The notes under the pieces were generated by a model, which was given only the letters and a program-made list of their open reading frames with translations, was not told the DNA's origin and did no database searches. Source: Spirochaetia bacterium (GTDB lineage: Bacteria > Spirochaetota > Spirochaetia > UBA9216). From it: 64,000 bases of DNA. The position numbers and the translations under genes were made by a program. The DNA lies in NCBI GenBank assembly GCA_963675665.1, contig OY776510.1:800001-864000 (forward strand), given 5' to 3'. The first letter of the stretch is position 1. The number at the start of each line of letters is the position of its first letter. This document shows, piece after piece, positions 62,966 to 64,000 of this stretch.

Positions 62966-64000
62966 TTATAGTTTATCGATCAGCATGGAACATTTACCGG
63001 AAGGAATCGGTAGTGTCTTTTTCTTGTGCTCATCAAGTATATTGATTGTGAAATAGTATAGTTTCTCTGATTCAAGTCTTATTTCCCATCCCCGTCCGCT
63101 TTTATTGCTGAGAATGGTTATAAGGTTCCGCTTAAGGGAAAGGTTTTCTATCCCCATTATTTCAAGCGTAGGCATTATCCAGTCGACAGTTTTTCGCGGA
63201 AGGCTGATGTACAGACCTAGCACGTTTTCAACAATCAGGGTTACCGTTGCAATTGAGGTATAGGCAAGAAAAACCGGTTTGGGAAAATCTTTCAGGGTGC
63301 GGCTGACGGCGGGACCGTCCGAATTCGGTTTATACGCCTCGTAGATATCACCCTTTTTATCGCCTTCCGGATGAAGGGTATCAAGCATAAAATAAAGATG
63401 CCTGATGGAGCATTCGCGTGCAAGCTCATAACGGGCATATTTTTCAAGCCCCTTGATTACCATAAATGTAAACGGTGAATAAACAGATCCGCGGCAGCCG
63501 TCGCCGTCTTCGGTATAGTCCGGTTCCGAGGTTGCCAGCGACGGAAAGGGGTTATCGGTACCGAAAGATTCGGGATCCTTTAAATGATCGATTAACGTGT
63601 TCGCACGATCCTCGTTAGGAATTTCAGCAAGCAGCGTCCAGAACGATGCAATTGTCTTTATTTTAACCTGCTGCTCATCCTTGTCGAGATCGTAGTAGAT
63701 ACCTTCTTCATCGTTCCACATTAATGATGAAATTCTGGTTTTAAGGGAAAAATACTTGCGTTTGTATTTAAAGCTCATTTCCTTGTCGTTAAGGATGTCG
63801 CCGATCTCGGACATATAAAGGGCGTTTACAGCCTGCTGCGAATTGAAATCAACCGGGTAGTAAACATTAACACGCGGGCTGTTAACCATTGTTGTCGCCT
63901 CAATCGGTACATTGTAAAGCCCGTTTTCCTTTTTGAATGTCTGTTCCACCCAATGAAAATATTTTTCCAGGTATACGACTATTTCTTTGAGCCTTTTTTT
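62966..64000 (-). CDS. (alpha/alpha)6 glycoside hydrolase (GH63/trehalase-like), 5' end outside the window
   Basis: Frame stays open to the window edge; NSPR, MWNDEEGIYYD, RGSVY, EAY motifs. Confidence 0.7.
   Translation of the reverse strand, partial: KKRLKEIVVYLEKYFHWVEQTFKKENGLYNVPIEATTMVNSPRVNVYYPVDFNSQQAVNALYMSEIGDILNDKEMSFKYKRKYFSLKTRISSLMWNDEEGIYYDLDKDEQQVKIKTIASFWTLLAEIPNEDRANTLIDHLKDPESFGTDNPFPSLATSEPDYTEDGDGCRGSVYSPFTFMVIKGLEKYARYELARECSIRHLYFMLDTLHPEGDKKGDIYEAYKPNSDGPAVSRTLKDFPKPVFLAYTSIATVTLIVENVLGLYISLPRKTVDWIMPTLEIMGIENLSLKRNLITILSNKSGRGWEIRLESEKLYYFTINILDEHKKKTLPIPSGKCSMLIDKL

Overview
Chromosomal window of a spirochaete-like bacterium (inferred from the divergent gyrB/dnaA layout, the dnaA-dnaN-recF-dciA-rpmH-rnpA-yidD-yidC-jag order, tRNA-Arg(GCG) and an Msp-like surface protein). 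It spans the replication origin. Positions 1-16.2 kb are a very AT-rich, minus-strand surface-glycan island for a pseudaminic-acid (Pse) type sugar: pseB, pseC, two pseF, pseH, maoC, pseI, two candidate transferases, an ABC flippase, wzy and an epimerase. No intact pseG is present. Several hidden gene relics lie in the gaps (pseC tail, pseI head, fabH, a UDP-GlcNAc dehydratase). The stand-out gene is a 762-aa fusion of an ATP-grasp ligase to a radical-SAM/PLP 2,3-aminomutase whose lysine-binding acidic residues appear replaced by hydrophobic ones. This suggests an undescribed route that makes a beta-amino acid and ligates it to the glycan. 16-26 kb holds phoA, metF, toxin-antitoxin and nuclease modules, an EPS-type MarR regulator and cysCDN. 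A full-length class IIC group II intron sits directly after the aspS terminator. The rest is core genome: aspS/gatCAB, recR-ybaB-dnaX, SRP RNA, five tRNAs, parAB/parS, gyrAB, oriC and ahcY-metK. It is dotted with a family of multi-hairpin CANGGANG elements (one is a tRNA-linked repeat), and many genes look leaderless. All calls are made by eye from motifs; no searches were run.
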